Of a DNA stretch of 64,000 nucleotides, positions 9,475-19,052 are shown piece after piece. Made by a program: the position numbers and the translations under genes. Below the pieces are notes generated by a model. That model searched no databases. It was given only the letters and a program-made list of their open reading frames with translations, and was not told the origin of the DNA. Position 1 is the stretch's first letter. Each line of letters begins with the position of its first letter. Source of the DNA: Candidatus Bathyarchaeia archaeon. Lineage in GTDB: Archaea > Thermoproteota > Bathyarchaeia > Bathyarchaeales > Bathycorpusculaceae. Location: the NCBI GenBank assembly GCA_038727135.1, contig JAVYWL010000001.1, positions 416,001-480,000 of the forward strand, read 5' to 3'.

Positions 9475-10584
9475 TCAACGTCGCCCAATCAAACGAGAAA
9501 CAGCCTCGCCTATAAATTCTATCTGCTCCGCCGTAACTCCGGGATGAACTGGCAGAGAAAGCACTTGCTCTGATGCTTTCTCCGTTTCTGGAAGCTTCCT
9601 TTTTCTAAATTTGCGGTAATATGGCATCAAGTGGATGGGCCATGGATAGTAGACTTCGGCGCCTATACCTTTCCTCCTCAAATTTTCAACAACAGCATCA
9701 CGCCTCGCTCTATCCGCATCTTTAATTCTCACCGTGTAGAGATACCAGCTGTTTCTGCAGCCTTCAAGCTCGCATGGAAGCTGAAGGTTTTTAACATCGC
9801 TCAGTTTTGCTGTGAGCCTTTCAGCGTTTTCTCTACGCTTGGCCAGAAAATTGGGCAGCTTCCTTAGCTGTACAATGCCTATTGCTGCTTCAATTTCTGG
9901 CATGCGGTAGTTGTGTCCCAAAAGGACGGACTTGTACTTTTCCTTCTCGCCGTGGCTTCTAATAAGCCTCAAGGTTCCAGCAATTTCATCATCATTTGTG
10001 GTTACCATGCCGCCTTCACCGGTTGTCATATTTTTACTTGCATAGAAACTCCAACATGCAACATCAGCAAAGGAGCCAACTGGCTTCCCTTTATAAACTG
10101 CACCGTGGGCTTGGGCTGCATCCTCAATAACTTTTAACCCGTGTTTGTCGGCTATTTCCCTTATCGGTTTCAGATCCGCTGGAGAACCGTAAAGATCTAC
10201 AGCAATCACAGCTTTAGTCTTCTTTGTTAGCGCTTTTTCAACGGCTTCCGGCGAAACATTATAGGTTTCAGGGTTTATATCTACAAAAACTGGTCTCGCC
10301 CCAGCCAACACAACCGTTTCCGCTGTTGCCACAAAGGTGAAGCTTGGCAAAACCACCTCGTCGCCCTGTTTTACGCCAGCAGCGGCTAAAGCCATGTGCA
10401 AGGCTGCTGTTCCACTGTTTACGGCTATGGCATGCTTCGCCTCAACAAATCTTGCAAACTCTTCTTCAAACTGCTTAACCATTGGTCCAGCGCCAAGCGC
10501 ATGTGTTAGGATGCCGCTTTTCAAAACTTTTGCAACAGCCTCAATTTCTTCTTCGCCTATTTGCGGAGCATTTATCGGAATCAT
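9475..10584 (-). CDS. DegT/DnrJ/EryC1/StrS family sugar aminotransferase
   Basis: NSGTAALH, FTFVATA, EDAAQAHG, SFYASKNMTTGEGG, GHNYRM, LSLPVHP. Confidence 0.93.
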   Translation of the reverse strand: MIPINAPQIGEEEIEAVAKVLKSGILTHALGAGPMVKQFEEEFARFVEAKHAIAVNSGTAALHMALAAAGVKQGDEVVLPSFTFVATAETVVLAGARPVFVDINPETYNVSPEAVEKALTKKTKAVIAVDLYGSPADLKPIREIADKHGLKVIEDAAQAHGAVYKGKPVGSFADVACWSFYASKNMTTGEGGMVTTNDDEIAGTLRLIRSHGEKEKYKSVLLGHNYRMPEIEAAIGIVQLRKLPNFLAKRRENAERLTAKLSDVKNLQLPCELEGCRNSWYLYTVRIKDADRARRDAVVENLRRKGIGAEVYYPWPIHLMPYYRKFRKRKLPETEKASEQVLSLPVHPGVTAEQIEFIGEAVSRLIGRR

Positions 10585-10751
10585 AGCGCATCTTCGCTAT
10601 TATGCTGTTTCCTAAATTTATTAAAACTTGCCAGAAAACATTATGCTCTAGGTCATATTGTAGCTGGCGAGACTTTACAAATGCGATACCCCTCTATAGA
10701 TTTTGCATAGCATAGCTATGAAAAAGAAAATTGTTAGAAACGGATGAGGCA

Positions 10752-11390
10752 TTAGCCGCTGGAATTATTTAAGCTCCTTATTCTGTTGATGAATTCCTCT
10801 CTTTCCTTTTCTACTTCTTTTATTCTCTGTTTTAGGAATTCGAGTTCTTCGGAGATTTCTTCAAGCCAGCCTTTTATGGCTTTCACGCCTTTTTCCGATG
10901 TCATTTCTGCGAGGTATTTGGAAACATCCTGCGGTTTGCGTTTTTCCAGAGCGGTTAGCGGATAGTTGATTTTTGGAGGCTTTAGAAAGGGGAAAAAGTG
11001 TCTTGTAGTTCTTGGTTCCATAAGCTTTCCACTTAGAGCCGCCGTGACCACGTTTTCAGCCGTTATGGGTGAGTTTGAATTTCCAATGTACCGGTGGATG
11101 CGCCTCCTACCGATGCGAATTTGGGGATTTTGAAAAATGTTGACACATAGAACCGGTATTTGTGTGTAGCCCAAGCTTTTTAGGGCGAGCCAACGGTGCA
11201 TACCGTCAAGTATGACATTTGTCTTTTCATCGGCAATTATTGGATATTTTAGAACGCCGTCTCGTAGAATCTCCTTTTTCAGCATCTCCAAATATAGAGG
11301 GGAGCCTTTCTCATGAGGCTTTAATGCGTCAATTGGTAAAAGTACAATTTTGAACGCCTCTGTCTTTTCGGTTTGGGTTGCGGTTGCCAC
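10752..11390 (-). CDS. ParB/Srx-fold protein, SerK-like free serine kinase candidate, with a C-terminal coiled coil
   Basis: LKPHE, PII, ILDGMHRWLALKSLG and PRTTRH match SerK-type motifs; GTG at 11390 is the likely start (track ORF begins at 11453 inside trpB2). Confidence 0.7.
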   Translation of the reverse strand: MATATQTEKTEAFKIVLLPIDALKPHEKGSPLYLEMLKKEILRDGVLKYPIIADEKTNVILDGMHRWLALKSLGYTQIPVLCVNIFQNPQIRIGRRRIHRYIGNSNSPITAENVVTAALSGKLMEPRTTRHFFPFLKPPKINYPLTALEKRKPQDVSKYLAEMTSEKGVKAIKGWLEEISEELEFLKQRIKEVEKEREEFINRIRSLNNSSG

Positions 11391-11412
11391 TTGCCTGTCG
11401 CCCTTAAGGGGG

Positions 11413-12774
11413 TTATTTAACAATTGTTGGAACATCGATTTTTTCCGGCTCATAATCCACCAGTTTTCCTGCCAAGAACTGCTCGTAGGCGCCTAAATCC
11501 AATAGTCCGTGCCCGCTATAGTTCATGGCGATAACCTTCTTCTCACCAGTTTTTCGACACCGCAAGGCTTCGTCTATAACGAATTTCAGGCTGTGGGCTG
11601 TTTCAGGTGCTATTATTAGGCCTTCTGCTTGAGCTAGAATTTGGGCTGCTTGGAAGACTTCAGTTTGGTGGTAGGCAACTGAACGCATATACCCCCTATG
11701 GATTAGATATGATATTGAGGGTGCCATTCCATGGTATCTTAAGCCTCCAGCATGGATTGGGGGGCATGCGTAGCCGTGTCCTATTGTGAGCATTTTAAGC
11801 AGTGGTGTCATTTCAGCCGTGTCGCCGAAATCGTATGTGTAAACTCCTTTGGTTGTGTGGGGAACAGCCTTAGACTCGCAAGCCACGAACTCTGTTTCAG
11901 TTTTGCCCTTAAGCTTGTCCATCATGAACGGGTAGCAGAAGCCGGCATAGTTGGAGCCCCCGCCTATGCATCCGCAAACGATATCCGGGTACTCGCCAAT
12001 GATTTCAAACTGTTTTTTAGCTTCTAAGCCTATTATGGTCTGGTGCAACAGCACATGGTTTAGAACTGAACCCAAAGAATACCTCGTGTCCTCATGTGTC
12101 ATCGTGTCTTCTATGGCTTCACTTATGGCGATTCCCAGCGTTCCCGGATGGTTGGGGTTTTCCTTCAAGAGCTTTCTGCCAAAGTTCGTCTGGTCGCTTG
12201 GTGAAGGAAACATCTCAGCGCCATATAACTGTGCTATGGTTCTTCTTCCGGGCTTCTGCTGGTAGCTAACGCGAACCATGTATATGCGGCACTTTAAACC
12301 GAAAATTGTGCAAGCAAAGGCTAATGCAGTGCCCCACTGTCCAGCACCTGTTTCTGTCACAAGCCTTTTTATGCCTTGTTCCTTGTTGTAGTAGGCTTGG
12401 GCTATAGCAGTATTCGTCTTGTGGCTTCCAGTTGGACTAAAATTCTCGCATTTAAAGTATATCTTTGCCGGAGTTTTCAGAAACTTTTCAAGCCTCCTAG
12501 CCCTATAAAGCGGCGTTGGACGGGGCAATCGCAAATAAGCGTCTAAAACCTCTTCTGGAATTTTTATGAAGCGCTCTGTGGAAACCTCTTGCCTAATCAG
12601 CTCCTTTGCAAATATTCTCTCCAGGAGTTTTGGGTCTATGGGTTTTAGGGTTGTGGGATCCAACGGCGGCGGAAGCGGCTCTGGCAGGTCTGCCTGAATG
12701 TTGTACCACGCGGTGGGGATTTCATCAGCGCCTAGCATTGTGAAGTGTTCGCTTTTCTGAACTTTAAAGTTCAT
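11413..12774 (-). CDS. trpB2: Tryptophan synthase beta chain, TrpB2 type
   Basis: WYNIQADLP, PTGSHKTNTA (PLP Lys), TETGAGQWG, SLGSVLNHV, HAGGLRYHG, SGHGLLDL. Confidence 0.95.
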   Translation of the reverse strand: MNFKVQKSEHFTMLGADEIPTAWYNIQADLPEPLPPPLDPTTLKPIDPKLLERIFAKELIRQEVSTERFIKIPEEVLDAYLRLPRPTPLYRARRLEKFLKTPAKIYFKCENFSPTGSHKTNTAIAQAYYNKEQGIKRLVTETGAGQWGTALAFACTIFGLKCRIYMVRVSYQQKPGRRTIAQLYGAEMFPSPSDQTNFGRKLLKENPNHPGTLGIAISEAIEDTMTHEDTRYSLGSVLNHVLLHQTIIGLEAKKQFEIIGEYPDIVCGCIGGGSNYAGFCYPFMMDKLKGKTETEFVACESKAVPHTTKGVYTYDFGDTAEMTPLLKMLTIGHGYACPPIHAGGLRYHGMAPSISYLIHRGYMRSVAYHQTEVFQAAQILAQAEGLIIAPETAHSLKFVIDEALRCRKTGEKKVIAMNYSGHGLLDLGAYEQFLAGKLVDYEPEKIDVPTIVK

Positions 12775-12787
12775 TATTATTCACCTA

Positions 12788-12860
12788 TGTACATTTTAAT
12801 ACGTTTAAGCACGTAATAAAACATTGAACATATTTATACTTTATTGCACAAAAAAGTACA
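12788..12860. promoter_or_regulatory. Four TRP-box-like hexamers in the divergent trpB2/trpY promoter region
   Basis: TGTACA 12788-12793, TGAACA 12825-12830, TGCACA 12845-12850, AGTACA 12855-12860; TATA-like TTTATA at about 12833-12838. Confidence 0.75.
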
Positions 12861-12876
12861 TTAGGCAGACAGAAAC

Positions 12877-13380
12877 ATGTGGAACACGATAAAAAAGCAT
12901 TTCGAAAACTATCCAGAACGCCTAAAAGTAGCCAGAGTCCTCGTGGAAAATGGACTGAGCATAAAAAATGGAAAAATATACTTGAACGAGATAGAGATTC
13001 CGCCAACACGAATAGCAAGAGTGACAGGAGTAGACAGGAGAACAGTAAACGAAACAATAAACACCATAAGAGCGAACCGCGAACTCCGCCTAATATTCGA
13101 AGGCTTAAGGCCAGCGGGACATTCCCTAAAAGAAATAGCAAAACATTTGGAACTCGGCGTGGTAGAAATAACTCCAGTGGATGCCAGAATACCAGGCATA
13201 TTGGCAAATTCAGCCATGATACTGGCAAAAAACGGCCTAAGTATAAGACAGGCAATAGTTGACGACCCAGAACTCTCGCCAGAACCAAAGCTAACACTTA
13301 TTGTAGAGAAAAAGGTTCCAGGCGAACTTATCCCAGAATTCCTGAAAGTTAAGGGAGTTGCCAAAGTATCAATTTATTAA
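12877..13380 (+). CDS. trpY: TrpY-like tryptophan-responsive regulator (HTH + ACT, COG2150 type)
   Basis: IEIPPTRIARVTGVDRRTV HTH and PGILA...ISIRQAIVDDPE-like ACT segment; divergent from trpB2 across TRP boxes. Confidence 0.8.
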   Translation: MWNTIKKHFENYPERLKVARVLVENGLSIKNGKIYLNEIEIPPTRIARVTGVDRRTVNETINTIRANRELRLIFEGLRPAGHSLKEIAKHLELGVVEITPVDARIPGILANSAMILAKNGLSIRQAIVDDPELSPEPKLTLIVEKKVPGELIPEFLKVKGVAKVSIY

Positions 13381-13414
13381 ACGTTTGGGGTTTTCCCATT
13401 TTCCTCATTTATAA

Positions 13415-14131
13415 GTGCGAAGTCAAAAAATATATGCTGCTTTTAGCAAAATTGTCATGATAATGTTGATGGATATCGTAAAAAGGTTAAGCATTGGATG
13501 TTTATTTCTTATGGTAGCATTTTTCCCGTTAGTGGAGACAGCCTCCAATTTTCCTGAAAATGAACCATGTTTGGTGAAATTTAAATACGTTAATGGACAA
13601 TGGTTTGTAGACGATGAAATTCTAAAGCTTGTTACCCCCTTGCATTTTGAGGGTCCTATAATCCCAATAAGAATTGTTGATTTGGGGAACTTTTTCAAAG
13701 TTCTTGAAGAAGAAAAAACTCAACCTGTTCAAATCAAAATGAAGGCTGAAGGGCCATTTCCATCTAACATTACATTAGAGTTTAAGGGCGAAAAAGCCGT
13801 TCTGATACCTGAAATTATTAAAATAGAAATACCAATTAACGGCACAATTCTACTAGGCTATGCATATAGGTACGGGCCTTATGGAGGAGGCTGCCTTATA
13901 GGAATTCAGATTTCAGTAACATGGACCCCAGATGACCAAGTGCTTTACATTGTTTGTTACGATGCTACCACTGGAGAAGGCCGACTCCACAGAGCTACCG
14001 ATGGTCATGGCTTCGTTATTTTTGACACAAATCCGACAAGAGAATACTATGTTTTAATAGGAAACCCTTCAGAGGAAAATATAGAAGCGATAACTTACAG
14101 CGGTATTATAACCTTATATTACAGACCATAA
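13415..14131 (+). CDS. Hypothetical secreted protein
   Basis: Hydrophobic N-terminal segment (LSIGCLFLMVAFFPLVETA) followed by a beta-rich domain; true start probably an ATG near 13457-13469. Confidence 0.65.
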   Translation: MRSQKIYAAFSKIVMIMLMDIVKRLSIGCLFLMVAFFPLVETASNFPENEPCLVKFKYVNGQWFVDDEILKLVTPLHFEGPIIPIRIVDLGNFFKVLEEEKTQPVQIKMKAEGPFPSNITLEFKGEKAVLIPEIIKIEIPINGTILLGYAYRYGPYGGGCLIGIQISVTWTPDDQVLYIVCYDATTGEGRLHRATDGHGFVIFDTNPTREYYVLIGNPSEENIEAITYSGIITLYYRP

Positions 14132-14133
14132 GT

Positions 14134-15210
14134 TTAACTTTTCTGAGGGTTCTTTTCAATACATTCTTCAGGTTTGATATTTGTTTTTTGATTTTTTAGA
14201 GACTCTGCAATTATTTTCTCCAATTTTTTCTGAGGTATAGTTTGACTGGACTTTTCTTTCAACATACCTGACGGCCTAAAAATCAATATTAAAAGGATTA
14301 TCGAACCCAGTAGGAGATAATCTAACCAAACCACATCGAATGGAAGGAAGGCAAATGAGTATTTATAAAACACTATTAATTTCCGTAACGTAATAAAGAT
14401 TAGGGTGCCCAACGCTACGCCGAAGTTGTTTCCCACTCCTCCAAATATTACCATAAGCCACGGAAGAAAGGTCCACTCCAATTTGCCGTAAACTGCAGGG
14501 CCAACATAACATGTATAAAATGCGTAGAGTGCACCTGCCAAACCGGAGATCATAGAACCAAGCACCAAAACTTCCAGCCTAATCTTCGTCACATCTTTAC
14601 CCATAGATAAAGCTGCAACTTCATTATCTCTCATCGCACGGAAAGCTCTGCATAGAGGAGAACGGGCCAAAAGCTCAAGAAATAATAATGTTCCTATAGC
14701 CGCCGCAAGCAGCACAATTGTGATTAGAGTAAATCGGTTGCGGCCTAGCCAGCTCCATACGTCTGGCACAAGTATCCCTATAACCCCTCCCACCAGTGGA
14801 TCATAATTTCTTCCTATTATCGATAGAGCCTCGCCTAGTGCCAAAAGCGTTATAGCCAAATAATCGGTTCTTAATCTAACTGCAGGATACGATGAAATAA
14901 ACCCCAATAAACCGCCCACACCCATAGCAATTATTAGCGTCAAAATAAATACGCAAAGTCCAATTAAAGGCTGAGTTTGAATATGACTGTTGATTTGAGA
15001 GACAATTATTGCATTATTCTTTACAATGTTCCCTCCGAGTTGTGAGTCTACGTTAAATATCCACATGCAAAGTCTTATGGGAAACCACCCTACAGTGAAA
15101 GCCCCGCCTGTAACGGCTAATACTAAGCCAAAATTGGGTATCCCAGCATAGCCGAGCTGTAAGTTTAAACTCAGATTTAGTATTAGGTATATTGCAAAAA
15201 GTGCTACCAA
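14134..15210 (-). CDS. livM: Branched-chain amino acid type ABC permease (LivM-like)
   Basis: LRTDYLAITLLA, RAMRDNEVAALSMGK, multiple TM helices. Confidence 0.88.
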   Translation of the reverse strand: MVALFAIYLILNLSLNLQLGYAGIPNFGLVLAVTGGAFTVGWFPIRLCMWIFNVDSQLGGNIVKNNAIIVSQINSHIQTQPLIGLCVFILTLIIAMGVGGLLGFISSYPAVRLRTDYLAITLLALGEALSIIGRNYDPLVGGVIGILVPDVWSWLGRNRFTLITIVLLAAAIGTLLFLELLARSPLCRAFRAMRDNEVAALSMGKDVTKIRLEVLVLGSMISGLAGALYAFYTCYVGPAVYGKLEWTFLPWLMVIFGGVGNNFGVALGTLIFITLRKLIVFYKYSFAFLPFDVVWLDYLLLGSIILLILIFRPSGMLKEKSSQTIPQKKLEKIIAESLKNQKTNIKPEECIEKNPQKS

Positions 15211-15227
15211 GTCTATTGTAAATAGGA

Positions 15228-16172
15228 TTAGGCTTTCCGTTTAGATGCACCTCCAAATCTGACAAACGTTAAGATTTTCTTCCAGTTTACTTTCGCAATG
15301 CCGCTTGGGGCAAAAAGTAACGCAAATATCAAGATCACCATAGGCAAAAGCGTCTTATATGGAATTATGGCTGGACCTAAGAATATAGATAAAGCCGCTG
15401 TTCCAAGTATTTGTGTAAAACCTACAAAGAAGCCTCCTAAAACTGTCCCGTATATCTCCTCAACACCACCGACTATGCTAACACAAAACATAATTGCAAG
15501 TAACGAGTCGCCAAGAACAGGTTTCCCTTGAACCCAAAGGGGGAGGAGCCCCCCGGCAACTCCTCCCAATCCGCCAGAAATGAACCACGAAAGTAAATTT
15601 GTATACTTTACATTAATTCCGCTAATGCTTGCCAACGTTGGGTTGCACACACACGCCTTGAGGGCGACGCCTATCTTAGTATAATTTAGAACTACATATA
15701 AGACCGCCAAGAAACCTACCAAAAAGGAAAGAGAAGCCCAAAAAATTCCAGGTTCGTCAAGAAACACAAAATCTAATTCTCTTAAAAGAAAGTTTTTTGA
15801 GGGAAAGTTAAAAGTATATTGCAAGTAGTCTGCATAAATGTTTATTATACTTAACATCATCAAGTCAAAGGCAAGGGTGCTAACAAGCATCATGGTTGTG
15901 GAAGCTTTTCTTTTCCTTAAAGGTTCTATAATTAACATATATTCCATCACAGCGATTATGGCACTTAAAATAAAAGCTAAAGGTAAATAGATATATGGGC
16001 TCCCACCCCAAAAACTTATGCACGTAAAAACTACATATGCGCCCACCGTTACAAGACTGGCGTGTGCAACATTCCATACACCAGTAGTTCTACGTACGAA
16101 GCTCAAGCCAAAAGTCATTACAGCGAGGAGGGAACAATAAGTTATAGAATCCATCAATGTTGGGTCAATCAT
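15228..16172 (-). CDS. livH: Branched-chain amino acid type ABC permease (LivH-like)
   Basis: TTGVWNVAHA, TKIGVALKA...LASISGIN, multiple TM helices. Confidence 0.88.
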   Translation of the reverse strand: MIDPTLMDSITYCSLLAVMTFGLSFVRRTTGVWNVAHASLVTVGAYVVFTCISFWGGSPYIYLPLAFILSAIIAVMEYMLIIEPLRKRKASTTMMLVSTLAFDLMMLSIINIYADYLQYTFNFPSKNFLLRELDFVFLDEPGIFWASLSFLVGFLAVLYVVLNYTKIGVALKACVCNPTLASISGINVKYTNLLSWFISGGLGGVAGGLLPLWVQGKPVLGDSLLAIMFCVSIVGGVEEIYGTVLGGFFVGFTQILGTAALSIFLGPAIIPYKTLLPMVILIFALLFAPSGIAKVNWKKILTFVRFGGASKRKA

Positions 16173-16891
16173 TTTCTCTCCGCCTTTAACCCTAAATAAA
16201 GTTCAACTAGTTCTCCTGTGCTCAAAAGTTCGTCGGGTTTTCCTGAAAAAACATTCTTGCCGCTAACTACCAGGTATGTTCTATCACTTACGCTTAATGC
16301 TTTTTTGGCGTTTTGTTCAACTAAAACTATACCAACACCAAGCTTATCCCTTAGATCAACTATTTTTTCTAAAATTTTTTGGCAAATTACCGGGGCAAGT
16401 CCAGATAACGGTTCATCCAACATAATTAGCCGTGGTTTGCGCACCAGTGTCATCGCTATGGCAAGCATCTGCCTTTCCCCACCACTAAGTGTGCCGGCTT
16501 TTCTAGAAAGAAAGGGTTCAAGAGTTGGAAATACGGAAAGTACCTCGTCCATGGCGTCCTTCAATTCCTTTTTCGAATTTAGAGAATAACCAGCCATCAA
16601 TAAGTTTTCTTTCACCGATAAGTCTGCAAATATGTTGTTCATTTGAGGCAGATAGGCGATTCCTACCTTCGAGATTTCATGTGGCGGCATATTGTTAAGC
16701 TTTCTACCATCAAAAATTATCGAGCCTGAAAAAATGTCTGCCAACCCAAAAATGGAGTTTAAAAGTGTTGTTTTCCCACTTCCATTAGGCCCTATAACAG
16801 ATACTATTTCAGACTTCTCACATTCAAGGCTTATGTCGAACAATACATGGAGTTTTCCGTAGCCTGAATTTAGGTTAGTCACACTTAACAT
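16169..16891 (-). CDS. livF: ABC ATPase (LivF-like)
   Basis: GPNGSGKT, LSGGERQMLA, LDEP, LVEQN. Confidence 0.92.
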   Translation of the reverse strand: MLSVTNLNSGYGKLHVLFDISLECEKSEIVSVIGPNGSGKTTLLNSIFGLADIFSGSIIFDGRKLNNMPPHEISKVGIAYLPQMNNIFADLSVKENLLMAGYSLNSKKELKDAMDEVLSVFPTLEPFLSRKAGTLSGGERQMLAIAMTLVRKPRLIMLDEPLSGLAPVICQKILEKIVDLRDKLGVGIVLVEQNAKKALSVSDRTYLVVSGKNVFSGKPDELLSTGELVELYLGLKAERK

Positions 16892-16893
16892 TG

Positions 16894-17643
16894 TTATTCG
16901 CCTACGTAAACCTTCTTTACAATAGGATCAGCAACTACTTGTTCGGGTGTTCCCTCAGAAATTACTTTGCCATTGTGCATGACATAAACATAGTCGGCAA
17001 ATGGTAGTGCAATGTCAAGTCTATGTTCTACCACAAGAAATGTTAAACCTTGTTTATCCCTTAGTTCTCTGATGTGATGAAATATTTCGTTGGCAAGTTT
17101 TGGAGAAACGCCGCAAATCGGCTCATCTAAAATAACCATCTTAGCATCAGCCATTAAAGCCCTCCCTATTTCAACAAGCTTTAAATGCCCCGCTGGCAAG
17201 GATGTTATCGGGGTATTCCAAAATTCTGTGAGTTGCAAAATTTCCATTACATCCATAGCTTTTTTAACCAATTTTTCTTCATATTCAATCCATCTCTTTT
17301 TAATGAAACTTTTTACAAAAGTTTCTCCTGGATTCCCCCTTCCTGCAACAAGAAGGTTTTCTAAAACTGTTAAACCTAGAAAAAGAGAGGGTATTTGGAA
17401 GGACCTCACGATACGTCTTTCGTATATTTTGTTCATCGGCAGTCCTGTTACGTCTTCTCCTTCAAAGTATACTTTTCCCTCGTCAGGCTTGTAGTAACCC
17501 GTGATAACGTTAATCAGTGTTGTTTTCCCACTTCCATTAGGCCCTATAAGTAGTGTTATCTTTTTCTTTTCAGCACTTAAATCGACGCCATCTACAGCTT
17601 TTAGTCCACCGAAGTATTTTTTGACCCCTTCGGTTTTTAGCAT
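16894..17643 (-). CDS. livG: ABC ATPase (LivG-like)
   Basis: FGGLKAVDGV, GPNGSGKT, LDEP, VVEH; the signature motif is degenerate (LPAGHLK). Confidence 0.9.
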   Translation of the reverse strand: MLKTEGVKKYFGGLKAVDGVDLSAEKKKITLLIGPNGSGKTTLINVITGYYKPDEGKVYFEGEDVTGLPMNKIYERRIVRSFQIPSLFLGLTVLENLLVAGRGNPGETFVKSFIKKRWIEYEEKLVKKAMDVMEILQLTEFWNTPITSLPAGHLKLVEIGRALMADAKMVILDEPICGVSPKLANEIFHHIRELRDKQGLTFLVVEHRLDIALPFADYVYVMHNGKVISEGTPEQVVADPIVKKVYVGE

Positions 17644-17660
17644 CTCTGGTTATTCCTCAT

Positions 17661-18905
17661 CTAGGTGAGCCATTCAACACTACCAGTCGCTGCAGAATAC
17701 TTAGCAACTACAACCCATCTGTATTCGCTATCTACGACTTGTACTTGATAGAATATTATGTCTAAACCTGTTCTATCGCCCGTTTCGTCTAGCTCGGTCC
17801 ATCCGCTTGCGCCAAAGTAGTTGTTCGCTACATATGGAACAACTTTCTGAATAACTTCTCCGTCGTTTACACCTGCTTGAAGAACCGACAGGGCTGCAAC
17901 CCAAGCACAGTCGTAGGCTATGAGGCTGTATATGTCAGGTTCTTCTCCAAGTTTAGTTTGAACATAATCCACCACTCTGGCTTTTTTGGGCGACTCTGGA
18001 GCATAGTAAAATCCGGCGAGCAATTGTGTTTGTGCAGCAACATCACCAGCATCCTCTAATATGACGGTGCTTAGAGCTACTGCGTCGCCCCCAAACCATC
18101 TCACAGAAAGTGTTACGCTGTTGCGAGCTTTGGCCTGCGCCAGTACTTGAGCTAAGTCTTCCCATGTCAGAGTTTGAATTGCAACCTTATCAACACCATA
18201 CTGTTCGATGGCTGGTCCGACGGCGTTTTCTAGCGCTTGCAGTTCAGAGGTAAACTCGCTGGTTCCAGGCTCATATTCTACATACGTGAGGATTTCACCG
18301 CCGAATTCCTCAAATTTCTCCTTAAACATTTGGGCTATAGAAATGTCGCATGGATCTTTTCTTTGCAGTATTGCAACGTGACGGAAGCCTAAGCCGTATA
18401 CAAGTTTAGCTAGCGCTATGCCTTCCATGTCATCGTGCGGAATGAGCCTAAAAATATAATCACCGGCCACGCCGAGTTCTGCAACCGTCGAAAATGGAGT
18501 GATCACAACTATCTTATTAGTGTCCGCGTATCCTTTAACGGCTTGGATGTCAGCGCTGCATAGCAAGCCCGTCACAACTTTTACGCCCTTCGCAGCTAAT
18601 GTTTGCATCTTCTGTAATGCTATATCTGCCTTTGTTTCAGTATCCTCATAATAAAACTTGAAAGTCACAGGTAAACCGGCACTTTGAACGAAATCATTAA
18701 TGTCATCTTCGGCAAGTTCAACACAGGCTTTTCCCCTTGCACCATAGCTTGCAAAATCTCCTGTTAAAGGCAGCAAAACACCGATTGGTATTTCACCCTG
18801 CAAACCCCCTGCAGGTCCAGCTTCTCTTGGAATTACATACCCAATACCCACACCCGCAAGCAATGCTATCAGAACAACCACTACAAGGATTTTTGAGGAC
18901 ACCAT
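17661..18905 (-). CDS. ABC substrate-binding protein (LivJ/K-like), N-terminally membrane anchored
   Basis: N-terminal TM helix, IGVLLPLTGDFASYG, YIFRLIP, AYDCAW, FGASG. Confidence 0.9.
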   Translation of the reverse strand: MVSSKILVVVVLIALLAGVGIGYVIPREAGPAGGLQGEIPIGVLLPLTGDFASYGARGKACVELAEDDINDFVQSAGLPVTFKFYYEDTETKADIALQKMQTLAAKGVKVVTGLLCSADIQAVKGYADTNKIVVITPFSTVAELGVAGDYIFRLIPHDDMEGIALAKLVYGLGFRHVAILQRKDPCDISIAQMFKEKFEEFGGEILTYVEYEPGTSEFTSELQALENAVGPAIEQYGVDKVAIQTLTWEDLAQVLAQAKARNSVTLSVRWFGGDAVALSTVILEDAGDVAAQTQLLAGFYYAPESPKKARVVDYVQTKLGEEPDIYSLIAYDCAWVAALSVLQAGVNDGEVIQKVVPYVANNYFGASGWTELDETGDRTGLDIIFYQVQVVDSEYRWVVVAKYSAATGSVEWLT

Positions 18906-19052
18906 CCTTTACGCCTCGAAAATTGTATCATGACTAAGCATTTTTAAGTTTTATGGCCTGCGTAAAGTTTTAAATAAAAATTTGAAGGGTGGAACAAAAA
19001 GAATTACCCTTTTTAATCATCCTTTGTGCATTAGAAATAAAGGATAGGGAAA

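Noticed and set aside
10752-11453. ParB-like domain as evidence of a plasmid or partition system
   Set aside because: No ParA, HTH or replication genes nearby; motifs and context fit a SerK-like kinase better
12785-13364. Several long alternative-frame ORFs over trpY
   Set aside because: Explained by the very A-rich, T-poor codon use of trpY, which depletes stop codons in other frames
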